Part shown: positions 45,030-55,613 of the stretch, one piece after another
How positions within the stretch are numbered: the first letter of the stretch is position 1
How the letters are laid out: each line of letters starts with the position of its first letter
NCBI GenBank assembly: GCA_903925975.1
Contig: CAIYHG010000001.1
Span: 3,454 to 67,453 of the forward strand
Direction: 5' to 3'
Origin: an uncultured Acidobacteriia bacterium
Lineage (GTDB): Bacteria > Acidobacteriota > Terriglobia > Bryobacterales > Bryobacteraceae
DNA: 64,000 bases
Notes under the pieces: model-generated
Databases searched by the model: none
The model's input: the letters and a program-made list of their open reading frames with translations, nothing else
Told to the model about the DNA's origin: nothing
Made by a program: the position numbers and the translations under genes

Positions 45030-45989
45030 ATGAAGGTACTGGCGGCTGAAGACAACCCGGTGTTTCAAACCATGCTGCGATCCTCGCTCCGGAAGTGGGG
45101 ATATGACGCACTGATCGCCCGGGACGGCAACGAGGCCTGGGCTGCGCTTCAGGGGCCGGATGCCCCGCGCCTGGCGATCCTGGATTGGATGATGCCCGGA
45201 ATTGACGGCGTGGAGATCTGCCGCCGCATTCGCGCGGCGGCCCGCGAGCCCTATCAATACGTCCTGTTACTGACAGCCCGCGTGGAGGCGGCCGATCTGA
45301 TCGAAGGTATGGAGGCAGGCGCCGACGATTACCTCACCAAGCCCTTCCACCCACAGGAACTACGCGTCCGTCTGCGGGCTGGACGGCGGATACTCGAACT
45401 CCAGGAAGAACTGGTGCGCGCCCGCGAAGCCTTGCTGGTGCAAGCTACCCATGACGGGCTGACCGGGCTTCTGAATCGCCCGGCGATTCTCGATGCCCTG
45501 CTGACAGAAACGGAAAGGACCAGGCGCGAACGCCAGCCGCTGGCGCTCGTGATCACGGACCTCGATCATTTCAAGGCGGTCAACGACCGCTACGGGCATC
45601 TGGCGGGCGATGCGGTGCTTCGTGAGGCGGCCCGGCGCATGAAGTCCATCACTCGCGGGTACGACGCCGTGGGGCGTTACGGCGGGGAGGAATTTCTTAT
45701 GGTGCTTCCAGGCTGCGGCCCCGCGGCCGCCGCGGCGCGCGCCGAGCAGTTGCGCCAGGTAATCGCCGATACGCCCTTCCTGGTGGGCCGCGACTTGCTG
45801 CCGGTCACCTGCTGCGTAGGTCTCTGCTGCCGCGAGGGGGCCACAGCCGCCGACGCGTACGCCATGATTCAGGAGGCCGACGTGGCCCTGTACAAGGCCA
45901 AGAGGCGCGGCCGGAACCGCGTGGAAGTCAGCGGCGGAGCGCCCGACGAGCCTAGCGCGTATTTCGCCGAACTGTGCGGTATGGCATAG
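45030..45989 (+). CDS. response regulator receiver-GGDEF diguanylate cyclase
   Basis: MKVLAAEDNP receiver with ILDWMMPGIDG. DGLTGLLNR and GGEEFLMVLPG. ATG 44952 is an alternative start. Confidence 0.9.
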   Translation: MKVLAAEDNPVFQTMLRSSLRKWGYDALIARDGNEAWAALQGPDAPRLAILDWMMPGIDGVEICRRIRAAAREPYQYVLLLTARVEAADLIEGMEAGADDYLTKPFHPQELRVRLRAGRRILELQEELVRAREALLVQATHDGLTGLLNRPAILDALLTETERTRRERQPLALVITDLDHFKAVNDRYGHLAGDAVLREAARRMKSITRGYDAVGRYGGEEFLMVLPGCGPAAAAARAEQLRQVIADTPFLVGRDLLPVTCCVGLCCREGATAADAYAMIQEADVALYKAKRRGRNRVEVSGGAPDEPSAYFAELCGMA

Positions 45990-46089
45990 CGCAGTTGCCA
46001 GCAGGGATATACGGGCCGCCGTGGGGGCATTTCGGCGGCGTCAGACGGCCGCGTATGATCGGGGCCGCGAAGGCCGGCGCTTCTACCGA

Positions 46090-47172
<1,083 letters not shown>

Positions 47173-47430
47173 TTACACTGACGCGCTGATGTTGACGAAC
47201 TTGCCCATGCGGCCACGGTCTTTGAACTCGACCACGCCCGTCACTTTGGCGAACAGCGTATCGTCCTTGCCCCAGCCGACGTTGAGGCCCGGCTTGAACT
47301 TCGTGCCGCGCTGCCGCACGATGATCGAGCCGCCGGGAACCAACTGCCCGCCGAATACCTTAACGCCAAGCCGCTGCGCGTTGGAATCGCGCCCGTTTCT
47401 GGAACTGCCTAAACCCTTCTTATGTGCCAT
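47173..47430 (-). CDS. rpmA: 50S ribosomal protein L27
   Basis: [24 protein letters not shown]. Confidence 0.97.
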   Translation of the reverse strand: MAHKKGLGSSRNGRDSNAQRLGVKVFGGQLVPGGSIIVRQRGTKFKPGLNVGWGKDDTLFAKVTGVVEFKDRGRMGKFVNISASV

Positions 47431-47437
47431 GCGTCAC

Positions 47438-47731
47438 CTAAACAAGAATCTCGCCGACCTTCACCTGGGTGAATGACTGGCGATGGCCGATCGTCTTCTT
47501 GTACTGCTTCTTGGCCTTGAACTTGAAGACGATGATCTTATCGCCGCGCCCGCCGCCAAGGATGGTGGCCTTCATCCGGCTGCCTGCCATCAGTTCGCCG
47601 CCATCGCTGAAGGCGGCCTTGACAGGGAGTTCGATCTCGGAGCCGGTTTCGCCGACCAGTTTTTCCACGCGGATGACGTCGCCAGGAGCGACGCGGTACT
47701 GCTTTCCGCCCGTTTCAATTATCGCGTGCAT
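47438..47731 (-). CDS. rplU: 50S ribosomal protein L21
   Basis: Trimmed to [25 protein letters not shown]. 7-nt spacer to rpmA. Confidence 0.95.
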   Translation of the reverse strand: MHAIIETGGKQYRVAPGDVIRVEKLVGETGSEIELPVKAAFSDGGELMAGSRMKATILGGGRGDKIIVFKFKAKKQYKKTIGHRQSFTQVKVGEILV

Positions 47732-47887
47732 GTAATCCTCTATTGGGAGCCGGAACACACGGAGTGCATCGGAACCACTGAGTGTAAATACCGAGTTTAC
47801 TACATCCTGCGGCCTGCGATCAAATGGCCACCCGGGTTTTCTTCCCGGCGGAAATCCTGTTGCGGCGGCGAGGCCCCCGCGGCGCTG

Positions 47888-48079
47888 TTAAGACGCCCGC
47901 GTACCGCGCCTGTCATAGAACCTGCTATCGCATGTCCGGCAGCGGTACGGAAACTTCCGAAAAATCACCATCACCGCATCCTGCAAGGGATAGCGCGTTT
48001 CGGACCGGTAGACTTCATGGTGATTTCCGCAGTGCGGACAGCGGTGGGCCGGTGGTTCCCCCTGCTTCGGACCGGGCAT
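47888..48079 (-). CDS. small zinc-ribbon protein (hypothetical)
   Basis: Trimmed to MPGPKQ. CPHCG..and..CRTCD pairs. Lies upstream of rplU on the same strand. Weak support. Confidence 0.4.
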   Translation of the reverse strand: MPGPKQGEPPAHRCPHCGNHHEVYRSETRYPLQDAVMVIFRKFPYRCRTCDSRFYDRRGTRAS

Positions 48080-48151
48080 ATTGTTATTTTCGTCACAAAG
48101 ACCGGCCAAGTCCAATTAAGAAATTGACCAGGAGGCATATCAAAATCTCCT

Positions 48152-49039
48152 ATGCCGCGGCGCGCCTTCGAACGGGCGTTACGCCGCCGCCTTGCGGTAC
48201 CCTGGATACGGATGCCAGGAATCGCAGTAATGGCCTTGTTTGCAGTGGTGATTCCCAACGCCGTGGTGCTGCAGCCCATTGCGAATATGTACTCCAAGCC
48301 AACGGCGGATGCCGACGTGGTTTCGCAGGCGATCTACGGCGTGAACGTCGGCGTGATCGAGCGCGGCGGCGATTGGACGCGGGTCCGCACTCCGGACGAT
48401 TACGCCGGCTGGGTGGAGACCGCGGCGCTCCGCTTTGGCCCGGAGTATGCCGCCGGCGGGAGCGCTGGCCAGGTGGCAAGCCTCTTCGCCCACCTCTACC
48501 GCGAACCGGACGTGACCAGACGCGCGCCCCTGGTGACGGTTCCGTTTGAAACGCGCCTAGAAGTAGTCTCCAGGCAGGACGAGCGGTGGGCATCAGTACG
48601 CCTGCCGGACGGGCGGACGGCCTGGGTGCAGTTGGGCGATCTCTCCTTCTCACCCCCAAAGCTCGGCATTGCCGAACTGGTGGCGTTCAGCAAGAAGTTT
48701 CTCGGCCTGCCCTACACCTGGGGAGGCACGTCGGCGTTCGGCTACGATTGCTCGGGGTTCACGCAAATGCTGTTGCGCCGGCGCGGCGTTCTGCTGCCGC
48801 GCGATTCGGGGCCGCAGGCCCAATGGAGCGGCCTGGTTGCGGTGGAGCGCAAGGACCTCGCGCCCGGCGATCTGCTCTACTTCGGCAGTTCCGCCTCACG
48901 CATCACGCACACCGGCATGTACCTTGGCGAGGGCAAATTTATCAGCGCCACGACGTACCAGACTCCCATGGTGCGCATCGACGATCTGGGCGACCCCCAC
49001 TGGGCGCAGCTACTGGTGGCCATGCGGAGGCTGAAATGA
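48152..49039 (+). CDS. SH3b-NlpC/P60 (C40) cell-wall peptidase
   Basis: Signal anchor, two SH3b-like segments, catalytic PYTWGGTSAFGYDCSGF, RITHTGMYLG. Confidence 0.85.
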   Translation: MPRRAFERALRRRLAVPWIRMPGIAVMALFAVVIPNAVVLQPIANMYSKPTADADVVSQAIYGVNVGVIERGGDWTRVRTPDDYAGWVETAALRFGPEYAAGGSAGQVASLFAHLYREPDVTRRAPLVTVPFETRLEVVSRQDERWASVRLPDGRTAWVQLGDLSFSPPKLGIAELVAFSKKFLGLPYTWGGTSAFGYDCSGFTQMLLRRRGVLLPRDSGPQAQWSGLVAVERKDLAPGDLLYFGSSASRITHTGMYLGEGKFISATTYQTPMVRIDDLGDPHWAQLLVAMRRLK

Positions 49040-50136
49040 AGCGTAGAGATCTGTTGAAGACCGCCGCGGCGGCCTGCGTCGCTCCGGCGCTGGTTCCTGG
49101 CACACACGCGGCGGCGCCCGCGAGTCTCGAAACAACGATCGTGCGGCTGAACCTGCAGCACGCCTGGACCACCACGATGTCGAGCAGCGAGTACCGCGAT
49201 ACGCTCCACGTGGCTTACTCGCACGACGGCATCACCGGGCATGGCGAGGGCGCGCCGATCGTGCGCTATCACGAGGACGCAGCGTCCGCGCGCAAGGCTG
49301 TGGAATCCGTGCGCGACCTCGCGCTGGCCGCCGACCCCATGCAGTTCTCGAAGTTCATGGCGGAGGTCTTTCGCCGCGTGGAGGGCGAATGGGCGGGCAA
49401 GGCCGCGCTCGATATCGCCTTGATGGACTGGGTGGGCCAGAAGCTGGGCATCCCGATTTACGAGTACTTCGGCTTGGACCCGAAGGATACGCCCCTCACT
49501 ACCTTTTCGATTGGCATCGACACGCCCGAGATCACGCGGCAGAAGACGCGGGAAGCCGCGCCTTATCCCATTCTGAAGGTCAAGGTGGGCCTCGATACGG
49601 ACGAAGCCACGATCGAAGCCGTGCGCTCGGTGACGGACAAACCATTGCGGGTGGACGCCAACGAGGGGTGGAAGGACAAGGAAGAGGCTGTTCGCAAGAT
49701 CAACTGGCTGGAGAAGCAGGGCGTGCAGTTCATCGAGCAACCCCTGCCCGCAGCCATGATCGAGGAAACGAAGTGGGTACGCTCCCGCGTTCACATCCCC
49801 ATCATCGCGGACGAAGCCTGCCAGCATGCTGCCGACATTCCCAAACTCGCCGAAGCTTTCGACGGCGTGAATATCAAGCTCGATAAGAGCGGCGGCATCC
49901 TGGAAGCTTACCGCATGATACAAATCGCCAAGGCTCTGGGGATGAAGACCATGCTGGGCTGCATGATTTCAAGTTCCGTCTCGGTGACCGCTGCCGCGCA
50001 TCTATCGCCCTTGGTGGATTACACGGATCTGGATGGAAACCTGCTGATCTCGAACGATCCTTACCAAGGCGTTCGCGTGGAAAACGGAAAGCTCATGCTG
50101 CCGAAGCGCCCGGGGCTGGGCCTAACGCCCGCGTAG
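49036..50136 (+). CDS. dipeptide (L-Ala-D/L-Glu-type) epimerase, enolase superfamily, with Tat-type signal
   Basis: ATGA overlap with the peptidase stop. MKRRDLLKTAAAACVAPALVPGTHAAA. LKVKVG, LRVDANEGW, FIEQP and IIADE give the metal and acid/base residues in enolase-superfamily order. Confidence 0.85.
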   Translation: MKRRDLLKTAAAACVAPALVPGTHAAAPASLETTIVRLNLQHAWTTTMSSSEYRDTLHVAYSHDGITGHGEGAPIVRYHEDAASARKAVESVRDLALAADPMQFSKFMAEVFRRVEGEWAGKAALDIALMDWVGQKLGIPIYEYFGLDPKDTPLTTFSIGIDTPEITRQKTREAAPYPILKVKVGLDTDEATIEAVRSVTDKPLRVDANEGWKDKEEAVRKINWLEKQGVQFIEQPLPAAMIEETKWVRSRVHIPIIADEACQHAADIPKLAEAFDGVNIKLDKSGGILEAYRMIQIAKALGMKTMLGCMISSSVSVTAAAHLSPLVDYTDLDGNLLISNDPYQGVRVENGKLMLPKRPGLGLTPA

Positions 50137-50226
50137 GCAGAGCGTGCTCGCGGCAGGCGACACCACGGACAAGAGACCAGGACGTGTGTGAGTCAGGTAG
50201 TTTCCAAGAAAAACTCCAAAAAGGCT

Positions 50227-50292
50227 GGCCGCAGATCAACGCCGATTAACGCGGATTGAAGGAACACTACTTGTCGGCGTCCATCTGCGGCC
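50227..50292. repeat. imperfect inverted repeat / REP-like hairpin between convergent genes
   Basis: GGCCGCAGATCAACGCCGA (50227-50245) against TCGGCGTCCATCTGCGGCC (50274-50292): 16 of 19 positions are complementary, with a 28-nt spacer. Confidence 0.6.
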
Positions 50293-50334
50293 AATGAACT
50301 TTTCCCGCAAGCTCTAAAGTATGCCACAGCAACG

Positions 50335-51855
50335 CTACTTCGTCTCCGGCGCGAAGATCTCCGACAGCACCCGGCCTACCGAGCCGCTGGGCGTCTCTAC
50401 GCTCAGTATGGCGGCTAGCGTTGGAGCCAGATCGTTGATCACCACGGGCTCAAAATAGATGCCGGGGCGGATTCCCGTTCCCATGATGATCAGCGGGACG
50501 TGGTTGTCATAGCTGAAGGGCGAGCCGTGCGTGGTTCCCGACGTTCCTAGCATCCAGTAGGGATCGAGAATCAGGGACAGGTCGGCGCCGCGCCGCTCGT
50601 TGTAGCCGTTCATCACGCGGCGGGTTACTTCGTCCTGGATGACTTGGTTCTTGAGGAGATCGTCCCGCGTGTAGACGCGCGCCACGTGCGGCAGCGCCTT
50701 CACGGCCCGCGCCGCCTCGGCGCGCATCTCTTCCGCGTTGATGCCGCGTTGGGCCGCAAGGTCGCGGTTTAGATAGAGCTGCAGGTCGGAGGCTTTCACC
50801 ACCCAGGCGCCTTCACCATATTTTAGCGTCAGTGCCGCGGCAACGGCCTTCGATGGCCCATCCGGCGCGATGCGTCCGCCCGGCATCACCTTGTCTCCGG
50901 ACGTAGGAGGCACCGGCGCAACGCCGTGGTCGGCCGTCAACGCTACCACCACGTTGTCCATTCCGATGGTCTTATCGATCAATTGAAACAGGCGGTCAAG
51001 AACCTTGTCGGTGACGATGCTGGTCTCCCGCTCCTCCGGAGCGAGCGGCCCGTAGGTATGGCCGACATAGTCGTGGGCGGAGAAACTGATGAAAAGCAGA
51101 TCCGTGTCGCCGCGCTGCCCCAGCTTCTCCGCGACGAACGCCTGCTCGGCGAGCCGTTCTACCATGTCGTTGGCAAACGGACTGGCGTCCACCGCGGAGT
51201 AGAGCGCCCTGCCCTCTTTGGGCAGCGTGTGTCCCACCCAGGTTTTTCCGGCGTAGCCATCTGCGGGACGGGTCGCATTGAACTCACGAACCCACGCCGG
51301 CAGTTCGGGGAAGTAATAGGTGCTGCTGACGAACGCGCCCGCGGTGGCATCGAACCAGAACGCCCCATCGGCCAGATGCCCGCCGGGCAAAATAGCCGCG
51401 CGATCCTTCAACGAAATGCTGAATACTCGCGGGGAGCCGCCGGCGAACTTCAACTCGTCACCGATATCATCCACAAGCAGCCGCCGGGGGGACGCGCCAG
51501 TTCCCGACGCCCCCAGCAATTGCGTCGCGGGGTCGCTGACGCTGGTGACGGAGGCTTTCGCTTCGGGGTCAAACCACTCGTTGCCCACAATCCCGCTGAC
51601 TGCGGGAAGCGCTCCGCTCAATACGGTGCTGTGGCCCACGGCGGTGACGGTCGGATAGTGGATGTAGCGCGCGTCGGCGAATACCGCGCCGCGGCTGAGC
51701 AACCGCTCAAGGCCGCCGGAATAGTCCGCGCGCTGGCGCGTGGTGTAGTCGTAACGATATTGATCCAGAACAATCGCTACAACCAGCTTGGGTTTCTTGG
51801 GCGCGGCGGCCAGCAGGGCGACAGCCACGAGCAGGCACAAGAGTAGTCTTCTCAT
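50335..51855 (-). CDS. PafA-like alkaline phosphatase / nucleotide pyrophosphatase family
   Basis: Signal peptide. PKLVVAIVLDQYRYDY, YPTVTAVGHSTVLSG, SLKDRAAILPGGH..GAFWFD and SADHG are collinear with Chryseobacterium PafA as I recall it. Confidence 0.85.
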   Translation of the reverse strand: MRRLLLCLLVAVALLAAAPKKPKLVVAIVLDQYRYDYTTRQRADYSGGLERLLSRGAVFADARYIHYPTVTAVGHSTVLSGALPAVSGIVGNEWFDPEAKASVTSVSDPATQLLGASGTGASPRRLLVDDIGDELKFAGGSPRVFSISLKDRAAILPGGHLADGAFWFDATAGAFVSSTYYFPELPAWVREFNATRPADGYAGKTWVGHTLPKEGRALYSAVDASPFANDMVERLAEQAFVAEKLGQRGDTDLLFISFSAHDYVGHTYGPLAPEERETSIVTDKVLDRLFQLIDKTIGMDNVVVALTADHGVAPVPPTSGDKVMPGGRIAPDGPSKAVAAALTLKYGEGAWVVKASDLQLYLNRDLAAQRGINAEEMRAEAARAVKALPHVARVYTRDDLLKNQVIQDEVTRRVMNGYNERRGADLSLILDPYWMLGTSGTTHGSPFSYDNHVPLIIMGTGIRPGIYFEPVVINDLAPTLAAILSVETPSGSVGRVLSEIFAPETK

Positions 51856-51885
51856 CTTGAGAGCCAGACTATCACGCCGCAGGGC

Positions 51886-52170
51886 CTATGTTTTGGAGGA
51901 CTTTTCGGGAGACTTCGAAGCCGGGGTGGATTCGGTCTTCTTAGGTTCGGCTTTGGGCTCCGATTTCGGCCCGCCATTGGAGGGATTCTTGGACCCCGCG
52001 TAATCGTTGACGTACCAGCCCGAGCCCTTGAACTGCAAAGTGGGAACAGAGAGGAGCCGCTCGAGCGTACCGCCGCAATCCTCATGCACCGTAAGCGTCT
52101 GATCGGAGAACTTCTGGATTACTTCGAACGTCTTTCCGCAGCGGTGACAGGCGTACTCGTATAACGGCAT
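51886..52170 (-). CDS. FmdB-family zinc-ribbon protein
   Basis: MPLYEYACHRCGKTFE..CGG (CxxC_CxxC_SSSS type) with a Lys/Pro/Glu-rich tail. Confidence 0.85.
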   Translation of the reverse strand: MPLYEYACHRCGKTFEVIQKFSDQTLTVHEDCGGTLERLLSVPTLQFKGSGWYVNDYAGSKNPSNGGPKSEPKAEPKKTESTPASKSPEKSSKT

Positions 52171-52333
52171 ATTCTGAAGACCTTAGACCCTGCACTTATT
52201 GTAACAAATTGAAAATAGGAGGAATCAGAATCCAGTCGCTCTATCGAGGCGGCAACTGAGGTTGCGGACGCGGCAGAAAGGCTGGAGCGGACTTTCCGGG
52301 TCGGGAAAAAAAGAGGGCTAACGGCGTGAACGC

Positions 52334-52361
52334 CGGATACGGCGCCGTAGCGCCGTATCCG
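52334..52361 (-). terminator. perfect 12-bp hairpin downstream of the TPR-like gene
   Basis: CGGATACGGCGC-CGTA-GCGCCGTATCCG lies 19 nt after the stop. A T7 run on the minus strand lies about 20 nt further (52305-52312). Confidence 0.5.
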
Positions 52362-52379
52362 CAATTCATTGTTCAGTTA

Positions 52380-53924
52380 CTACTCTTCTTTGCCGGCGGC
52401 CTTCTTGGCCGGCGCAGCGGCAGGCGCCGCGGTCTTCGGAGCAGCGGCAGGCGCCGCGCCCTTGGTTGCGGGCGCTCCCTTAGTAGTAGGCGCGCCCTTC
52501 TTGGCTGCAGGCGCCGGGCAGGCGTCCACCTTGATGTCGGGAAGCTTTTCTTCGTCAACATCCAAGGTCAGCATGAACGGCTCACGGGTGAAGGCGGACG
52601 GGACGGCAACGAACTTAAATTCCTGTCCGACGAGAGGCTTGCCCTTGAACGCGGGGTCGAACTTCAGCGTGATCTCCGCAACCGGAGCGGTCTTCTGATC
52701 GGGCTCGGGAACCGCAACCAAAATCTCCGTGGGATAGCACGCGGGCTTGCTCTCGACGATGACGCCCTTCAGCGCCGGAATTGCGGCGCTTTCGAGCGAA
52801 GAGGTGAAGTACTGCTGCCCGTCGGGAGCGGAGAGGGCGCCCTTAATCGCCAACCACTGGGCGAGTTCCGGATACTGCGCGCGGAACTTCTCTTCCTTCT
52901 CGTTGGCGATTTCAGTGGCGGTCTTGATCTTGAAATCGGCCGGCGGCAGCGGAGTTGCTACGGCGAGTTGCTTCAGCTCATCGATGCCTTCGTCGCTGCC
53001 GTGGAAGCTCGTGTACACCTTCTTCAGGTATGCATCCACATCGGAGCGCATCTTGGCATCGGCGATGCCGCCCTTGGCCGGATCGAGCGATGCTGCCCGC
53101 GCCATTTCGTAGAGGCCTTCGGAGAACTTCGCCAGGTCCTTCTGCTGCAGAATCGCCGAGCCCAGGTTGTACGCCAGCATGGCGTTATCCGGGTTGGCCT
53201 GCATGGCGGTCTTGAACGCCGCTTCCGCGCCCTTGAAATCCTTCTGCTTCAGAGCGGCCGTGCCGGGGTACAGGACGGCAGAGTTCAAAGTGGCGACGGC
53301 GACATCGTCCAACTGCTTCTTCGCCTGCTGCCATTGCTCATCAGTGGCGGCGGGGGGCTTGTTGGCCGCGGTGAAATACGTCGGGAGGAAAGCCTGTAGC
53401 TGCTTGGCGGCCTTCTCACCCGTCGCGACCTGCGCCGGCGTGGCGGTTACCTTGCCCATCAAATCGCTGGCCGAAGCGGCGGTCCGGAAGAGAATCTGGA
53501 GCACCGACGCCTTATCCGGGAACAAGGCCGTCACATCTCTCGATACCAATTGGCCGCTGTATTCCAAAACCTTGTCGCTCTGGTTCAGCGCGCCATACGC
53601 CTGCATGAACTGCAACAACCGATCGTCCTTGTAGTCCGATTCGGGATACTTCGTAGTCCAGGTGGTCAAATCCGCAATCGCCTTCTGCGCGTTGGGCGGG
53701 TTGGCGCCCAGGTCCTTCGCGACCTCGTTGGCGATGTCATATTCCCCTTGATCCTTGGGCTTCTTGGCTGCTGGTTGGCCCGGCTGAGCCGTTTGGCCGG
53801 CTTGAGCTGCCGGCTGGGAGCCCTGCGACTGCGCGCGGGCATTCTCCGTAGTCCCCAAGAGGAGGACGGCTCCCAATGCGGCTGCAGCCGCTATCCCAGT
53901 AAAGCTTCTCAATAAGTTGTGCAC
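52380..53924 (-). CDS. secreted TPR-like repeat protein with Ala/Lys/Pro tail
   Basis: GTG 53924 preceded by AGGAGG at 5-nt spacing, signal peptide, TPR-like helices. The tail reads APAAKKGAPTTKGAPATKGAAPAAAPKTAAPAAAPAKKAAGKEE. Confidence 0.7.
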   Translation of the reverse strand: MHNLLRSFTGIAAAAALGAVLLLGTTENARAQSQGSQPAAQAGQTAQPGQPAAKKPKDQGEYDIANEVAKDLGANPPNAQKAIADLTTWTTKYPESDYKDDRLLQFMQAYGALNQSDKVLEYSGQLVSRDVTALFPDKASVLQILFRTAASASDLMGKVTATPAQVATGEKAAKQLQAFLPTYFTAANKPPAATDEQWQQAKKQLDDVAVATLNSAVLYPGTAALKQKDFKGAEAAFKTAMQANPDNAMLAYNLGSAILQQKDLAKFSEGLYEMARAASLDPAKGGIADAKMRSDVDAYLKKVYTSFHGSDEGIDELKQLAVATPLPPADFKIKTATEIANEKEEKFRAQYPELAQWLAIKGALSAPDGQQYFTSSLESAAIPALKGVIVESKPACYPTEILVAVPEPDQKTAPVAEITLKFDPAFKGKPLVGQEFKFVAVPSAFTREPFMLTLDVDEEKLPDIKVDACPAPAAKKGAPTTKGAPATKGAAPAAAPKTAAPAAAPAKKAAGKEE

Positions 53925-54143
53925 GTGCGCCTCCTGCTTATATCCGCGTTTAATTATAAGCAAACGATTTCCAATCCGCTCCTTCGGAACTGCAGCGTCC
54001 AGCCCACGGCAAACCGCCGCCTGGCAGCCCGGAGCAACCGCACAAGTTGCCAAACTCCGGCAACCCATTTGACTCCGTCCCGAACAACATGGTTCCGAAC
54101 CACAAATGATAGCAGATCAACGCTATGCTGGAAGACACCATTA

Positions 54144-55586
54144 ATGAGATACCTCGATTTGGCGATTATTCTGGTCTACCTGGCCGGTATCACCTGGTTC
54201 GGGGCCCGTTTCCGCCACGGCCAGAAGAGCCTGCGGGAGTACTTCCTGGGGGGGCGGAACGCTCCCTGGTGGGCGATCAGCCTCTCCATTGTGTCCGCCG
54301 AAACCAGCACGCTCACCATCATCAGCACGCCCGCCCTGGCATTCGGCGGAAACCTACAGTTCCTGCAACTCGTGATGGGTTATCTGCTGGCCCGCATCGT
54401 GATTTCCGTTCTCTTCCTGCCGCATTATTTCCGGGGCGAGCTATTTACCGCGTACGAGCTGATGCGGAGGAGATTCGGCGAGCGGATTCGGAAATTGACC
54501 GCGTCCATATTTTTGGTGACGCGCGCACTGGCGGAGGGCGTGCGGGTGGCGGCGATCGCCATCGTCATCTCCGTGGTGCTCGGCGTGGGACAGACCACAT
54601 CCATCGTTCTGATCGTCATACTTACCGTGATTTACACGCTGCTGGGCGGCATGAAGGCCGTGATTTGGACCGACGTTGTCCAGATGACCCTTTACGTGAC
54701 CGGCGCCGCACTAAGCTTCGGCCTGATCCTGGCACAGATCCCAGGCGGGTGGGCGCATGTGGCCGCCGTCGCTGGCGCTGCCGGCAAGTTGACGCTATTT
54801 GACTTCCACATTGCGCTCTCCCGCGATTTCTTCGCCCTGAAATACTCGTTCTGGGCCGGGTTGCTAGGCGGGTGTTTTCTGACCACCGCCAGCCATGGGA
54901 CGGATCAACTAATGGTGCAGCGCCTGCTGAGCGCGAAGGATGAGCGGCAGAGCCGCGTTGCCCTCCTCTCCAGTTGGGTGGTTATCTTCCTGCAATTCAC
55001 GCTCTTCCTGTTGATCGGCATTTGCCTATGGGTTCTGTACCGCGACCGGGGGCTCGCCGCCCCCGCGAGTCTCGATCGCCTTTATCCGCAGTTCCTCTGG
55101 AACAACCTTCCGCCCGGGGCAGCCGGCCTGACGGTGGCTGCGATTCTGGCCGCCGCCATGGCCAACCTCAGCGCCGCGCTGAATTCCCTTTCGTCCACCA
55201 CGGTGATCGATTTCTTCCGCGGACGGGAGCATGGGCGGGAAGCTTCGTCGATGAACGTGGCCCGCATTGCCACTGTGGTCTGGGCGGCGATCCTGCTGCC
55301 GATTGGCGTCTGGGCCAGCCATTCCACCTCGGTTCTGGAAACGGGGCTGACGATAGCCTCCATCCCCTCGGGCGTCCTCCTGGGTGTGTTTCTGACGGGA
55401 GTGCTCACCAAGCGGCCGGGTGAGTACGCCGCCATGGCCGGCGTAGTGGCCGGGTTGGCGGCTATCCTTTATGTCCGGTTCGCCACCACCGTTGCGTTCA
55501 CGTGGTACGTGCTGATTGGGACAGTGGTGACGTTCGGCGTGGCGTGCCTGGCCTCGCTATTCCAGGAGACCGATGTCATCGCCTGA
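54144..55586 (+). CDS. sodium:solute symporter (SSS family)
   Basis: Trimmed to MRYLDLAIILVYLAGITWFG.RF....SL.EYFLGGR. About 13 TM spans. Confidence 0.85.
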   Translation: MRYLDLAIILVYLAGITWFGARFRHGQKSLREYFLGGRNAPWWAISLSIVSAETSTLTIISTPALAFGGNLQFLQLVMGYLLARIVISVLFLPHYFRGELFTAYELMRRRFGERIRKLTASIFLVTRALAEGVRVAAIAIVISVVLGVGQTTSIVLIVILTVIYTLLGGMKAVIWTDVVQMTLYVTGAALSFGLILAQIPGGWAHVAAVAGAAGKLTLFDFHIALSRDFFALKYSFWAGLLGGCFLTTASHGTDQLMVQRLLSAKDERQSRVALLSSWVVIFLQFTLFLLIGICLWVLYRDRGLAAPASLDRLYPQFLWNNLPPGAAGLTVAAILAAAMANLSAALNSLSSTTVIDFFRGREHGREASSMNVARIATVVWAAILLPIGVWASHSTSVLETGLTIASIPSGVLLGVFLTGVLTKRPGEYAAMAGVVAGLAAILYVRFATTVAFTWYVLIGTVVTFGVACLASLFQETDVIA

Positions 55587-55613
55587 AGCGGGAGCGCTAC
55601 TTGGGAGCAACCA

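Noticed and set aside
48586-49035. N-terminal 150 codons of ORF 48586..50136 (and likewise 404..694, 42627..42800, 53919..54143 and 39663..39812).
   Set aside because: These extensions overlap well-supported upstream genes in another frame and are compositionally abnormal. In each case the recognisable domain begins at an internal start, often one that overlaps the upstream stop codon.
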